Shown: one piece after another, positions 32,469 through 41,422 of the stretch
Numbering within the stretch: the first letter of the stretch is position 1
Layout: each line of letters starts with the position of its first letter
DNA from: an uncultured Clostridia bacterium
GTDB lineage: Bacteria > Bacillota > Clostridia > Oscillospirales > Acutalibacteraceae
Length of the DNA: 64,000 nt
Direction: 5' to 3'
Assembly: GCA_946531445.1 (NCBI GenBank)
Contig: CAMNAP010000002.1
Coordinates: 7,887-71,886, forward strand
Program-made: the position numbers and the translations under genes
Notes under the pieces: model-generated
The model's database searches: none
Told to the model about the DNA's origin: nothing
What the model saw: only the letters and a program-made list of their open reading frames with translations

Positions 32469-32788
32469 TGTTTGAAGAGGTTTATTCAAGTTTTAAAGCC
32501 TTGATGAAAAACTGGATTATTTCTCAGCTTGTGCTTGATGTTGTTTTTGTTGTAGGCGGAGTCGTTTGTGTAACAAATGAAAGAATGCTTTTATTCGGCA
32601 TTGTATTTTTAGCGTATTTTATCGGGCAGATAATAATAATTACAAAGGTGTTCGGCTCGGTAAAGCGCTTTGGAGATTATCTGAATATAAACGGCAGATA
32701 TCAGACGGCTGTTAGGAATTCAGACGATGACGCAATAAAACAAGCGCAAAATGATATAATTGAGTATATGAAAAAAGATACAGTGTAA
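32468..32788 (+). CDS. Small hypothetical membrane protein
   Basis: Two hydrophobic segments; start overlaps the thrH stop. Confidence 0.6.
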   Translation: MFEEVYSSFKALMKNWIISQLVLDVVFVVGGVVCVTNERMLLFGIVFLAYFIGQIIIITKVFGSVKRFGDYLNINGRYQTAVRNSDDDAIKQAQNDIIEYMKKDTV

Positions 32789-32808
32789 AGCGTACACTGT
32801 ATCTTTTT
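32772..32808. terminator. Bidirectional intrinsic terminator
   Basis: 16-bp stem AAAAAGATACAGTGTA-aagcg-TACACTGTATCTTTTT between convergent genes. Confidence 0.85.
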
Positions 32809-32820
32809 ATTTGCATTAAA

Positions 32821-34383
32821 TTATCTCTTGATGTCGTCCCACTTTGTTCCGCCAACCTGGAAGATATCGTCGAATTTGTAAACGTTTGTCTCTTCCTTTG
32901 TGTGGTTAGGATACCATACCTGAGCGAAGAACGGGTTTGTTCTTGCGATATTGTCATAGTCCCAAGCCTTCTGGGGTACGTAGCACTCGGGGCACCAGTG
33001 ACCGCCGAGGAGAATAAGGTTAGGTGAAGCTTCAAATTCAGCTCCGCAGTAGCCGCACTTCCACTTAAGCTTTGTAGCAAGGTCGCCCTTCTTCATCTTC
33101 TTGCTTAAGCATTCGCCGCCTCTGAACTTAGCCGCCTGCTGCATATCCTTGATGTCAAGCTCTGATTCGGGCTTGGTTTCGTCATAGCCGTGGTCAAGCT
33201 TGTAGTTGTCAGCGTCTGAATTGTCTTTGTTGAACTTGCGGATTTCAAAGTCCTCCCACTTTTTCGGGATAGCCTTGTAATCCTCGATTGAGCCGTAATA
33301 AGCTGTGATTCTCTGAGGATGTACCTTAGCAACCCAGTCAAGAGTACCGAAGTCCTTAGTTTTAGCAAGAGCCTTCATAAACGGCTTAGCTGCGGCTGCA
33401 ACTGCGCTCTTGGGAAGGTAACGGGGAATTCTGAAGTAGAATTCAACCTGCTTAGCGAGTCTGTCAAAGTATTCCTGAATAGGAAGATTCTCACGGAAGT
33501 GAAGGAATTCCTCAAGCTTGTCGCCGTCTGCATAGAACTGACCGTGGAAGTTCTTTGTAATGAACCAGTTGGGTTCAAAGAGCTTTTCGGGACCTGCAAG
33601 ACCGAGCGTGCCGAGAAGGAGCTGCTCAAACTCGTAGTTTGAAATTCTGTATTCCTTACCTGAGCCGATGTTGAAATAGTGATTCCAGAAATCTGAGCCG
33701 AGGTTACCTGCAGCGTCCTCAAGAACGAGGTTACACATAAGACGGCCTGAATCCTCAACTGTACACCACTCAAGAACGCCGTTAATCGGAACGTGGAACA
33801 TAATCGGGTCCATATTCTTGAGAATGTTGGGGTAAAGAATACCCGACTGTCTCATAACAACCCAGTTTTTAATTCCGCTTTCAACGAAGGTTCTCTCTGC
33901 TACTACCTTTGATACTGCGTAGTGGTCATAAATTGAAACCTTAATCGGGTCGCCGCAGCGTCCCCAGTGGATAGGATAGTTTCTGTCGCCCGTTTCGGCA
34001 ACCGTTCCTATGTAGCAAACCTTAACCTTATCGGGGTCCTGCTGTGCAAGAACTGCTTTACAGATATTCTCTGCTGCGCCGATATTTGTTTTCTGTGTTC
34101 TGTAAGGCTTCCAGTCTGCAGCGGGGGATACCATACCGCCTACGTGAAGAACGTAGTCAGCGCCTGTAACGCCCTCTAAGATAGAAGCGTAATCGGTAAG
34201 ATCGCCCCAAACGATTTTAACATTCGGCTTAGCAGCCAAATCAGCAAGAAGCTTAATGTTTTTAGGGCTTTTTCTTGCGAGGAGCTTGAGATTAATCTCG
34301 TTAGGATGCTTAATCATTTCCTGAACTGCAGCCCAGCCCATATTGCCTGTACCGCCTGTCATAAATACGGTTTTCTTAGCCAT
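32821..34383 (-). CDS. Extended SDR (NAD(P)-dependent epimerase/3beta-HSD-like) fused to a C-terminal Zn-ribbon
   Basis: TGGTGNMG Rossmann motif; GDLTD; T127 / Y155xxxK159 (YAVSK); C-terminal WKCGYCG...GHWCPEC. Confidence 0.85.
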   Translation of the reverse strand: MAKKTVFMTGGTGNMGWAAVQEMIKHPNEINLKLLARKSPKNIKLLADLAAKPNVKIVWGDLTDYASILEGVTGADYVLHVGGMVSPAADWKPYRTQKTNIGAAENICKAVLAQQDPDKVKVCYIGTVAETGDRNYPIHWGRCGDPIKVSIYDHYAVSKVVAERTFVESGIKNWVVMRQSGILYPNILKNMDPIMFHVPINGVLEWCTVEDSGRLMCNLVLEDAAGNLGSDFWNHYFNIGSGKEYRISNYEFEQLLLGTLGLAGPEKLFEPNWFITKNFHGQFYADGDKLEEFLHFRENLPIQEYFDRLAKQVEFYFRIPRYLPKSAVAAAAKPFMKALAKTKDFGTLDWVAKVHPQRITAYYGSIEDYKAIPKKWEDFEIRKFNKDNSDADNYKLDHGYDETKPESELDIKDMQQAAKFRGGECLSKKMKKGDLATKLKWKCGYCGAEFEASPNLILLGGHWCPECYVPQKAWDYDNIARTNPFFAQVWYPNHTKEETNVYKFDDIFQVGGTKWDDIKR

Positions 34384-34426
34384 AAATTTTCCTCCTTAAA
34401 TTGTGAATATGTTTATACACATACTA

Positions 34427-34455
34427 ATTATAAACTAAATATAAACAAAATACAA
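34427..34455 (-). promoter_or_regulatory. sigmaA-type promoter for the SDR gene
   Basis: Minus strand TTGTAT-17 bp-TATAAT. Confidence 0.7.
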
Positions 34456-34526
34456 GTGTCTATTTTTATTTATATGCTTTTTGTAAAAATGTAACAGATA
34501 TGTAATTATTTCAAGCCATTTTTAAA

Positions 34527-34555
34527 TTGACTTAATGTATTTGATATACTATAAT
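34527..34555 (+). promoter_or_regulatory. sigmaA-type promoter for the acylation cluster
   Basis: TTGACT-17 bp-TATAAT. Confidence 0.7.
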
Positions 34556-34577
34556 TATTTTAGAAGGAGTGGTACTT

Positions 34578-36047
34578 TTGAAGAAAAATTTTTCGGTTTT
34601 TATTTCAATAATACTCTCTCTTTTGGTGTTTGTTGCGGGCTTTGCCGCTTTTGCTCAGGAGCTTTCGCCAAAAGGCGAGGGACATATTGACCCTATTTTG
34701 GTTAATGCGCAGAATACAGCGATTGCGCTTGACAAAACAAGCTATGTATTTGACGGCAAGGAAAAATGCCCGAAGGCTACTGTTACATATACCGAGGAGG
34801 GCAAAAAGAACGTTCTTGAAAACGGGATAGATTATTACGTTACATATCAGAATAACACAGCCCCCGGAAAGGCTACCGTTGTTGTCACTTTCGGAAACAA
34901 GTATTCGGGAACGCTTAATTCGTATTTCACTATCGCTCCTGCGAAAACAGTCGGAATAAAAGCTGACTCACGGACTTATTCGTCTTTCAGGGCTTTGTGG
35001 ACTAAGCAGAGCGGAGTTTCGGGATATGAGATTAAGTTTACCGCGTCGGGCGAAGCTGCAAAGAATATTGACGCGGCGGCAAGCGCTAATTCTTACATAT
35101 TCAGGTCGCTTTCGTCAGACACGATTTACAGCGTTGCTGTACGCTCATACGTTACTGTTGATTCAAAGCGCGTTTACGGCGCATACTCAGACATTGTTAA
35201 GGTAGCTACAAAGAAAATTGTAGGCTCGCCGAAAGTAAACGGATACTGCTCTCTTACCTCGCGTCCGACGCTTGAATGGAAAAAGGTAAAGAAGGCAAAG
35301 AAGTATGTAATTTACCGCTCAACAAGTAAGAACGGCGAATATAAGAAAATAGGAACGACTAAAGCGCTGAGCTTTGCGGATAAGAAAGCTAAAATGCACA
35401 AGACCTATTACTACAAGGTTAAGGCGCTCAGACGTTACAGGAAAAAGAACTACTTATCAAAGGCGTCAGAGGCTGTTAAGGTTAAGGCGCTAAAGACTGT
35501 TCTTGTGGGTGACTCGGTGCTTGAGAGCGTTCAGGCGTATAAGACTCTTCCCGCTGCAACATACGTTGTTAAAATAGGAATGGGCACATACACCTTCTAT
35601 AGCAGCTACTATTACAAGGTTGGCGGCAAACCCGCAACGGGCTGTGAAAAGGTTATAAGCTGCAAGCCCGACAGAGTTATTATGATGTTCGGAATGAACG
35701 AGACTGCATACAAGGGCAACTCGGGAATTCTTGAATATTATAAGTACGCTATAGACGACATTAAGGCGGCGAGAAAGGGCGTTGAAATTATTCTTCTTCC
35801 CGTTTCGCCGACAAAGCCGACGAGCGACAAGAGTATTCCAAAAAAGAAGAGAATTAACTCGTTTAACAAGGCACTCAAGAAATTTGCAAAGCAGAACGGC
35901 TGTAAGTATTACGATTTTACAGGACCGTTTAAGGATAAAAACGGAAATCTTCTTAACAAGTATGACGGCGGCGACGGCTGTCACTGGAAGCCGTCAAGCT
36001 GTAAGCTCTTTATTGAGCAGATGAAAAAGTATGTTAAAAACAATTAG
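34578..36047 (+). CDS. Secreted FN3-repeat + SGNH/GDSL hydrolase-fold protein
   Basis: Signal peptide; FN3-like YEI..Y.V.VRSY and Y.IYRS..YYYKV; SGNH blocks VGDS, FGMNE, DGCH; TTG start follows AAGGAG. Confidence 0.85.
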   Translation: MKKNFSVFISIILSLLVFVAGFAAFAQELSPKGEGHIDPILVNAQNTAIALDKTSYVFDGKEKCPKATVTYTEEGKKNVLENGIDYYVTYQNNTAPGKATVVVTFGNKYSGTLNSYFTIAPAKTVGIKADSRTYSSFRALWTKQSGVSGYEIKFTASGEAAKNIDAAASANSYIFRSLSSDTIYSVAVRSYVTVDSKRVYGAYSDIVKVATKKIVGSPKVNGYCSLTSRPTLEWKKVKKAKKYVIYRSTSKNGEYKKIGTTKALSFADKKAKMHKTYYYKVKALRRYRKKNYLSKASEAVKVKALKTVLVGDSVLESVQAYKTLPAATYVVKIGMGTYTFYSSYYYKVGGKPATGCEKVISCKPDRVIMMFGMNETAYKGNSGILEYYKYAIDDIKAARKGVEIILLPVSPTKPTSDKSIPKKKRINSFNKALKKFAKQNGCKYYDFTGPFKDKNGNLLNKYDGGDGCHWKPSSCKLFIEQMKKYVKNN

Positions 36048-36069
36048 TGATATTTTTGGAGGAATGAAA

Positions 36070-36582
36070 ATGGAAAACACAAAAACACGCAGAATTTCAG
36101 TCAGAATTTTAAGCGTTATTATGGCGCTTGTAGCAATTGTCGGCTCGTTCTCTGTTCAGTCAACGGTTTACGCTGCATCTAAATCTCCCGTTACAGCATA
36201 CGCCGCTGCAAAGAAGGCTTACGGTAAGAGCTTCCCGCTTTCAACATCTAACAGAATCAGCGGTAAGAGCGTTGTTCTCGGCGTTAAGACGGCTGACTGC
36301 GAAAGCTATTACGCGGCTCAGAAGTTCTCTTCAAGCAGTAAAGAGGTTTATGAAATCTTTATCTGCAAGGTAAAGAAGGGCAAAAAGTCCTCAGTTAAAT
36401 CTCAGCTTAAAAAGCACATTAAAAACGAAAAGACTTCAATGAAATCTTACCTTTCAAAGAAGGGCAAAAAGCTCTTTAGCAACTACAAGGTTGGCTCTGT
36501 AGGTAACTACGTATATCTTGTAATGGTTGATACAAAGAGGAATTCAAAGGCAGTTAAGGCAATTAAAAAGAATTTAAAATAA
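36070..36582 (+). CDS. Secreted basic DUF4358-like protein
   Basis: Signal peptide; EIFICKVK...GNYVYLVM pattern; sits immediately before the MBOAT gene. Confidence 0.7.
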   Translation: MENTKTRRISVRILSVIMALVAIVGSFSVQSTVYAASKSPVTAYAAAKKAYGKSFPLSTSNRISGKSVVLGVKTADCESYYAAQKFSSSSKEVYEIFICKVKKGKKSSVKSQLKKHIKNEKTSMKSYLSKKGKKLFSNYKVGSVGNYVYLVMVDTKRNSKAVKAIKKNLK

Positions 36583-36595
36583 AGGATTAGTTTAA

Positions 36596-37996
36596 ATGAT
36601 TTTCAGCAGTATTCTGTTTTTATTCAGATTTCTGCCGATTGTACTGTTACTGTATTTTGTTGTACCGAAAAAGTTTAAAAACGCCGTACTTTTTTTAGTC
36701 AGCCTCATTTTCTACGGCTGGGACGAACCGCTTTATATTCTTTTAATGCTTTTCTCTACGGTGCTTGACTATTCGGTAGGACGCGCAATTGAAAAATCAA
36801 GACTAAAAAACACAAAAAACGGAGCAAAGCTTGCTTTGCTCTGTTCTGTTGTAATAAATCTCGGTTTGCTCGGATTTTTCAAATATTCAAACTTTGTTGT
36901 AAATACGCTTAACGGTATTTTCGGACTTGATATTCCGAATCTTGATATTACTTTGCCGATTGGTATTTCGTTTTACACGTTCCAGACGCTTTCGTATTCA
37001 ATTGACGTTTACCGCGGTAAGGTTAATGCACAGCATAATATAGTTAATTTCGGCGCGTATGTATCTATGTTTCCGCAGCTTATTGCGGGACCGATTGTTC
37101 AGTACAAAACAGTAGCCAAAGAGCTTGACGACAGGACGATAACCCTTGACGGCTTCTCTTACGGAGTAAGACGTTTTGCGCAGGGACTTGCAAAAAAGGT
37201 TCTTATTGCAAACACGGTAGGCGAGCTGTTCAACGAGCTTGCGTGCAAGACCGACGGACTTTCCGCCGCATCGGCGTGGCTCGGAATTATTGCGTTTACG
37301 ATTCAGATTTATTTTGACTTTTCGGGTTATTCGGATATGGCAATCGGACTCGGAAGAATGTTCGGTTTCAGATTTCTTGAAAACTTCATTTATCCCTATG
37401 AGTCAAAGAGCATAACGGAATTCTGGAGAAGGTGGCACATTTCTCTCGGCTCGTTCTTCAGGGAGTACCTTTACATTCCGCTGGGCGGAAACAGGAAGGG
37501 AAACGCAAGACAGATTCTTAATCTGTTCATTGTGTGGGCGCTTACGGGACTGTGGCACGGCGCAAACTGGAATTTTGTAATATGGGGACTTTACTATTTC
37601 GTTGTTCTTGTTATTGAAAAATTTGCGCTTAAAAAACTTCTTGACAAGGCGCCGTCGGCAGTTGCACATATTTACACAATTGTTATTTTTGTTATCGGCT
37701 GGGCGATATTCGCTTATCCCGATATGGCGGACGGCTCTTACTATGTGGGCGCTTTGCTCGGACAAAACGGTCTGTTCAGCGGGGACACGCTTTATTATCT
37801 TTCAAACTACGGTGTAGTTCTTATTGCGGGCGTTCTGTTTTCAACCTCGCTTCCCAAAAAGCTTTATCAGAAGCTTACGGTTAAGCCGCAGGTTAAGCTC
37901 GCAGTACAGCTTGTATTTATTATTGTATCTGTAGTGATGTCTGTAATGTTCCTTGTTTCAGATTCGTACAATCCGTTTTTATATTTCAGATTTTAG
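36596..37996 (+). CDS. MBOAT family O-acyltransferase (AlgI/PatA-like)
   Basis: LPIGISFYTFQ, FPQLIAGPI, YFDFSGYSDMA, EFWRRWHISL, GLWHGA, NPFLYFRF. Confidence 0.95.
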   Translation: MIFSSILFLFRFLPIVLLLYFVVPKKFKNAVLFLVSLIFYGWDEPLYILLMLFSTVLDYSVGRAIEKSRLKNTKNGAKLALLCSVVINLGLLGFFKYSNFVVNTLNGIFGLDIPNLDITLPIGISFYTFQTLSYSIDVYRGKVNAQHNIVNFGAYVSMFPQLIAGPIVQYKTVAKELDDRTITLDGFSYGVRRFAQGLAKKVLIANTVGELFNELACKTDGLSAASAWLGIIAFTIQIYFDFSGYSDMAIGLGRMFGFRFLENFIYPYESKSITEFWRRWHISLGSFFREYLYIPLGGNRKGNARQILNLFIVWALTGLWHGANWNFVIWGLYYFVVLVIEKFALKKLLDKAPSAVAHIYTIVIFVIGWAIFAYPDMADGSYYVGALLGQNGLFSGDTLYYLSNYGVVLIAGVLFSTSLPKKLYQKLTVKPQVKLAVQLVFIIVSVVMSVMFLVSDSYNPFLYFRF

Positions 37997-38007
37997 AGGT
38001 TATTGAT

Positions 38008-39264
38008 TTGAAAAAGAAATATTCAGTTATAACTGTTGCCGTATTTCTTGCTCTTATAGTATTCTTTACTTCGTTTTCTGTTTTCGGCAAAAAGTCTGAC
38101 TTTTCAGAAAAGGAAAACAGGGCGCTTCAGATGTACCCCGACGTGTCGCTTGATTCAATCGGAGACGGCACGTTTCAGGAGGAGTATGACGCGTTCCTTT
38201 CCGACCAGTTTGAATTCCGCGATTTCTGGGTAAAGGCGAGAACTGAGCTTTTAAGAAAGCTCGGACGAAAGGATATAAACGGAGTTTATTACGGCAAGGA
38301 CGGTTATCTTATTGAAAAATATACCGAGCGCGATTTCAAAAGCGACGATGTTGAGAATAACGTCAGCTGCCTTACGGAGTTTTTGAACAGAAACGCTGAA
38401 AAGGGATACAGCGTCAGCGTTGCGTTTGTTCCGTCAAAAGCGGGCGTTCTTAAGAATAAAATGCCCTCCGGAGCCGCTCCTTACGATACTTCGGTTATTG
38501 CCGAAGAGGTGTACAGCGGAGCTTCTGACATGGTTAATAAGATTGATTTATATCTTCCGCTGACTTCTCACAACAATGAATATATCTACTATAAAACCGA
38601 CCACCACTGGACGTCACTGGGAGCTTACTATGCGTACAGAGAGATAGCGGATAAAATGGCGCTTGACGCAGTTGACATAAGCGCTTTTAAGAGCGTGACG
38701 GTAAGCGACAGCTTCCTCGGTTCAACGTATGACAAGGTGCAGTATAAAACCGAGCCTGACAGCATTACGCGATATGACAGCAGGGTTAAGGTGACGGTTG
38801 ATTACGGAAACGACAGAGCTGCTTCGGATTCGCTTTATGACGAGAGCTTCCTTTCACAAAAGAGCAAGTACGATTACTTCCTCGGCGGTAATTTTGCAAG
38901 AGTTGACATAAATACAGACGTCAAAAACGGCAAAACGCTTCTTCTTATTAAGGATTCTTACGCTAATTCTGTGCTGCCGTTTCTTGTAAATAATTTTGAG
39001 CATATAATTATGCTTGATTTAAGATTTATTACAGACGATGTTCAGGAGATAATTGACTCTGAAAAGCCTGATGAGCTTCTTGTTCTTTACAATGTTGAAA
39101 AGTTTATGGGTGACGAGAATCAGTACAAGCTTGAGGAAGGCGCTGAAACAGGGGAAGATGCAAGTGATGAAGCAGCTTCTGAGGAAACCGGCGACAGCGC
39201 TGAGGACGAGGCAATTCTTAAAGAGCTTGAAGAGGAAGAGGCAAGGGAAGGCACAGAAGATTAA
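38008..39264 (+). CDS. DHHW family extracellular O-acyltransferase partner (AlgJ/PatB-like)
   Basis: N-terminal TM, SEKENRAL, YYKTDHHWT, IKDSYAN; acidic C-terminal tail. Confidence 0.88.
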   Translation: MKKKYSVITVAVFLALIVFFTSFSVFGKKSDFSEKENRALQMYPDVSLDSIGDGTFQEEYDAFLSDQFEFRDFWVKARTELLRKLGRKDINGVYYGKDGYLIEKYTERDFKSDDVENNVSCLTEFLNRNAEKGYSVSVAFVPSKAGVLKNKMPSGAAPYDTSVIAEEVYSGASDMVNKIDLYLPLTSHNNEYIYYKTDHHWTSLGAYYAYREIADKMALDAVDISAFKSVTVSDSFLGSTYDKVQYKTEPDSITRYDSRVKVTVDYGNDRAASDSLYDESFLSQKSKYDYFLGGNFARVDINTDVKNGKTLLLIKDSYANSVLPFLVNNFEHIIMLDLRFITDDVQEIIDSEKPDELLVLYNVEKFMGDENQYKLEEGAETGEDASDEAASEETGDSAEDEAILKELEEEEAREGTED

Positions 39265-39281
39265 AATTAACATTTTTACTG

Positions 39282-39310
39282 TTGACATTACAGCCTTTTT
39301 GGTATATTAT
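39282..39310 (+). promoter_or_regulatory. sigmaA-type promoter for metK
   Basis: TTGACA-17 bp-TATTAT. Confidence 0.7.
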
Positions 39311-39321
39311 TATTACAACAT

Positions 39322-39434
39322 AATTATCAAGAGCAGTCGAGTGAACAGGCACAGTGACGCTGCAGCAACCTGCAATTTGAGTTTTACTTAGTTGTAAGGT
39401 GCTAATACCTGCGGGAAACCGAATGATGAGATAA
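39322..39434 (+). ncRNA. SAM-I (S-box) riboswitch aptamer
   Basis: TTATCAAGAG...GAGTGAACAGGCAC...GCAGCAACC...GGTGCTAATACCTGC GG-GAAA-CC GAAT GATGAG matches the SAM-I core; lies upstream of SAM synthetase. Confidence 0.85.
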
Positions 39435-39442
39435 ACAGACTC

Positions 39443-39473
39443 AGACGCATACGGTTTTCGTATGCGTTTTGTT
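39443..39473 (+). terminator. Riboswitch expression-platform terminator
   Basis: AGACGCATACG-gtttt-CGTATGCGTTT followed by TGTT, before the metK RBS. Confidence 0.8.
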
Positions 39474-39491
39474 ATTATGAGGAGGGTAAAA

Positions 39492-40670
39492 ATGGCTAAA
39501 TATTTATTTACAAGCGAATCGGTAACTAAGGGACATCCCGATAAAATATGCGACCAGATTTCCGACGCAATTCTTGACGCAATGCTCGAGCAGGACCCGA
39601 TGAGCCGTGTTGCGTGTGAAACAGCAATTACGACAGGTCAGGTTCTTGTAATGGGCGAGATTACAACTAAGGCTCAGGTTGACATTCAGAAGATAGTAAG
39701 AGATACCATCGTAGGTATCGGCTACGATGACGACAAGAAGGGCTTCAACGGCAACACATGCGCAGTTATGATTGCTCTTGACAAGCAGTCAACCGATATT
39801 GCTATGGGCGTTGACAAGTCATATGAGCTTAAAAATAACGAAGAGGACGAGGACAACCTCAACGGCGCAGGTGACCAGGGTATGATGTTCGGTTATGCCT
39901 GCAACGAAACAAAAGAGCTTATGCCGCTTCCTATTTCACTTGCTCACAAGCTTACGTTAAAGCTTACAGAGGTAAGAGAAAACGGAACGCTTCCTTATCT
40001 TTATTCTGACGGTAAGTCTCAGGTTACTGTTGAATATGTTGACGGTCAGCCGAAGAGAGTTACAACAGTTGTTATTTCCTCACAGCACAGCGCAGACGTA
40101 AGCCTTGAGCAGCTCAGAGAAGATATAATTGAAAAGGTAATTAAGACAACTATCCCGGCAGAGCTTATGGACGACGAGACGGTATTTTACGTTAACCCGA
40201 CAGGAAGATTTGTTATTGGCGGACCTATGGGCGACAGCGGACTTACAGGCCGTAAGATTATTGTTGATACATACGGCGGTTACGCACGTCACGGCGGCGG
40301 AGCTTTCTCGGGTAAAGACCCGACAAAGGTTGACCGCAGCGCTGCTTACGCTGCTCGCTGGGTAGCTAAGAACATTGTTGCAGCGGGACTTGCTGACAAA
40401 TGCGAGGTGGAGCTTGCATATGCAATCGGTGTAGCTAAGCCCGTTTCTGTTCTTGTTGACACTTTCGGAACAGGCAGGAAGAGTGACGACGAAATCGGCG
40501 AAATCGTAAATAAGGTATTTGACCTCAGACCGTCGGCTATTATCCGTGCGCTTGACCTCAGACGTCCGATTTACAACGCTGTTGCGGCTTACGGACATAT
40601 GGGCCGTGAGGATTTGGGTGTAAGCTGGGAAAAGCTTGACAAGGTAGACGAAATTAAAAAGTATATGTAA
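39492..40670 (+). CDS. metK: S-adenosylmethionine synthetase
   Basis: [28 protein letters not shown]; ATG 39492 follows GGAGGG. Confidence 0.98.
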   Translation: MAKYLFTSESVTKGHPDKICDQISDAILDAMLEQDPMSRVACETAITTGQVLVMGEITTKAQVDIQKIVRDTIVGIGYDDDKKGFNGNTCAVMIALDKQSTDIAMGVDKSYELKNNEEDEDNLNGAGDQGMMFGYACNETKELMPLPISLAHKLTLKLTEVRENGTLPYLYSDGKSQVTVEYVDGQPKRVTTVVISSQHSADVSLEQLREDIIEKVIKTTIPAELMDDETVFYVNPTGRFVIGGPMGDSGLTGRKIIVDTYGGYARHGGGAFSGKDPTKVDRSAAYAARWVAKNIVAAGLADKCEVELAYAIGVAKPVSVLVDTFGTGRKSDDEIGEIVNKVFDLRPSAIIRALDLRRPIYNAVAAYGHMGREDLGVSWEKLDKVDEIKKYM

Positions 40671-40674
40671 AATA

Positions 40675-40706
40675 AAAAAGCTGTAACTTTTCAGTTACAG
40701 CTTTTT
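40675..40706. terminator. Bidirectional intrinsic terminator
   Basis: AAAAAGCTGTAACT-tttc-AGTTACAGCTTTTT. Confidence 0.85.
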
Positions 40707-40718
40707 GTTTTTGTTTTT

Positions 40719-41402
40719 TTACGAGCCTGAAGTTACAATATAGGGCTGAATCGACTGTGCAAGCTTTGAGGTCGGCATAGTCTGAAGTATTACTTCGCCC
40801 GGTCCCGTAACAACTGTGTTGAACAGTCCCTCGCCGCCGAAGAGCACGTTTTTAGCGCCCTTGATAGCCTGAATGTCCATCTTGCAGGTTGCGTCCATCA
40901 TAACAACGTGGCCTGTGTCAACGATGAGCTGTTCGCCTGCGGCAAGATTGTAGGTGATAGCTGCGCCGTCAATTTCAATGAACGCCATACCGTTACCGCT
41001 GAGCTTCTGCATAATGAAGCCCTCGCCGCCGAAGAAGCCTGCGCCTAACTTTTTCTGGAAGAAAGTTGAAAGCGTAACGCCCTTTTCACTTGCAAGAAAA
41101 GCGCTTTTCTGACAAACAATCTCTCTGTTCGGTGAAATTTCAAGAGCCTTGATTTCGCCCGGAAGCGAGCTTGCAAAAGCGATTTTTCCTTCGCTTCCCT
41201 GAGCTGTGTAAACGTTCTGGAAGAGTGATTCCTTTGTTAACATTCTTCCGAGCATTTTACCGAGACCGCCGTTTGAGGTTGTCTCCATTTTCATATTGGG
41301 CGTCATCCAGCTCATTCCGCCGCCTTCGCTAATCATTGCCTCATTGGGTGCAAGTGTGCAAAGAAGTACGGGAAAGCTTCCTCCCTGAATTTCAAATTGC
41401 AT
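40719..41402 (-). CDS. TIGR00266/AIM24 family protein
   Basis: SEGGGMSWM, CQKSAFLA, GFFGGEGFIMQKLSG, GGEGLF...GPG.VILQTM. Confidence 0.9.
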   Translation of the reverse strand: MQFEIQGGSFPVLLCTLAPNEAMISEGGGMSWMTPNMKMETTSNGGLGKMLGRMLTKESLFQNVYTAQGSEGKIAFASSLPGEIKALEISPNREIVCQKSAFLASEKGVTLSTFFQKKLGAGFFGGEGFIMQKLSGNGMAFIEIDGAAITYNLAAGEQLIVDTGHVVMMDATCKMDIQAIKGAKNVLFGGEGLFNTVVTGPGEVILQTMPTSKLAQSIQPYIVTSGS

Positions 41403-41422
41403 AAATTCTCCTCCTTTTTAAT

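Noticed and set aside
32821-34383. Calling the SDR a named cholesterol enzyme such as IsmA
   Set aside because: I cannot align it to the reference here; its length and Zn-ribbon tail are not features I can tie to IsmA. Kept only as a hypothesis.
36596-39264. dlt teichoic-acid D-alanylation operon
   Set aside because: No DltA ligase or DltC carrier adjacent; motifs fit AlgI/PatA plus DHHW.
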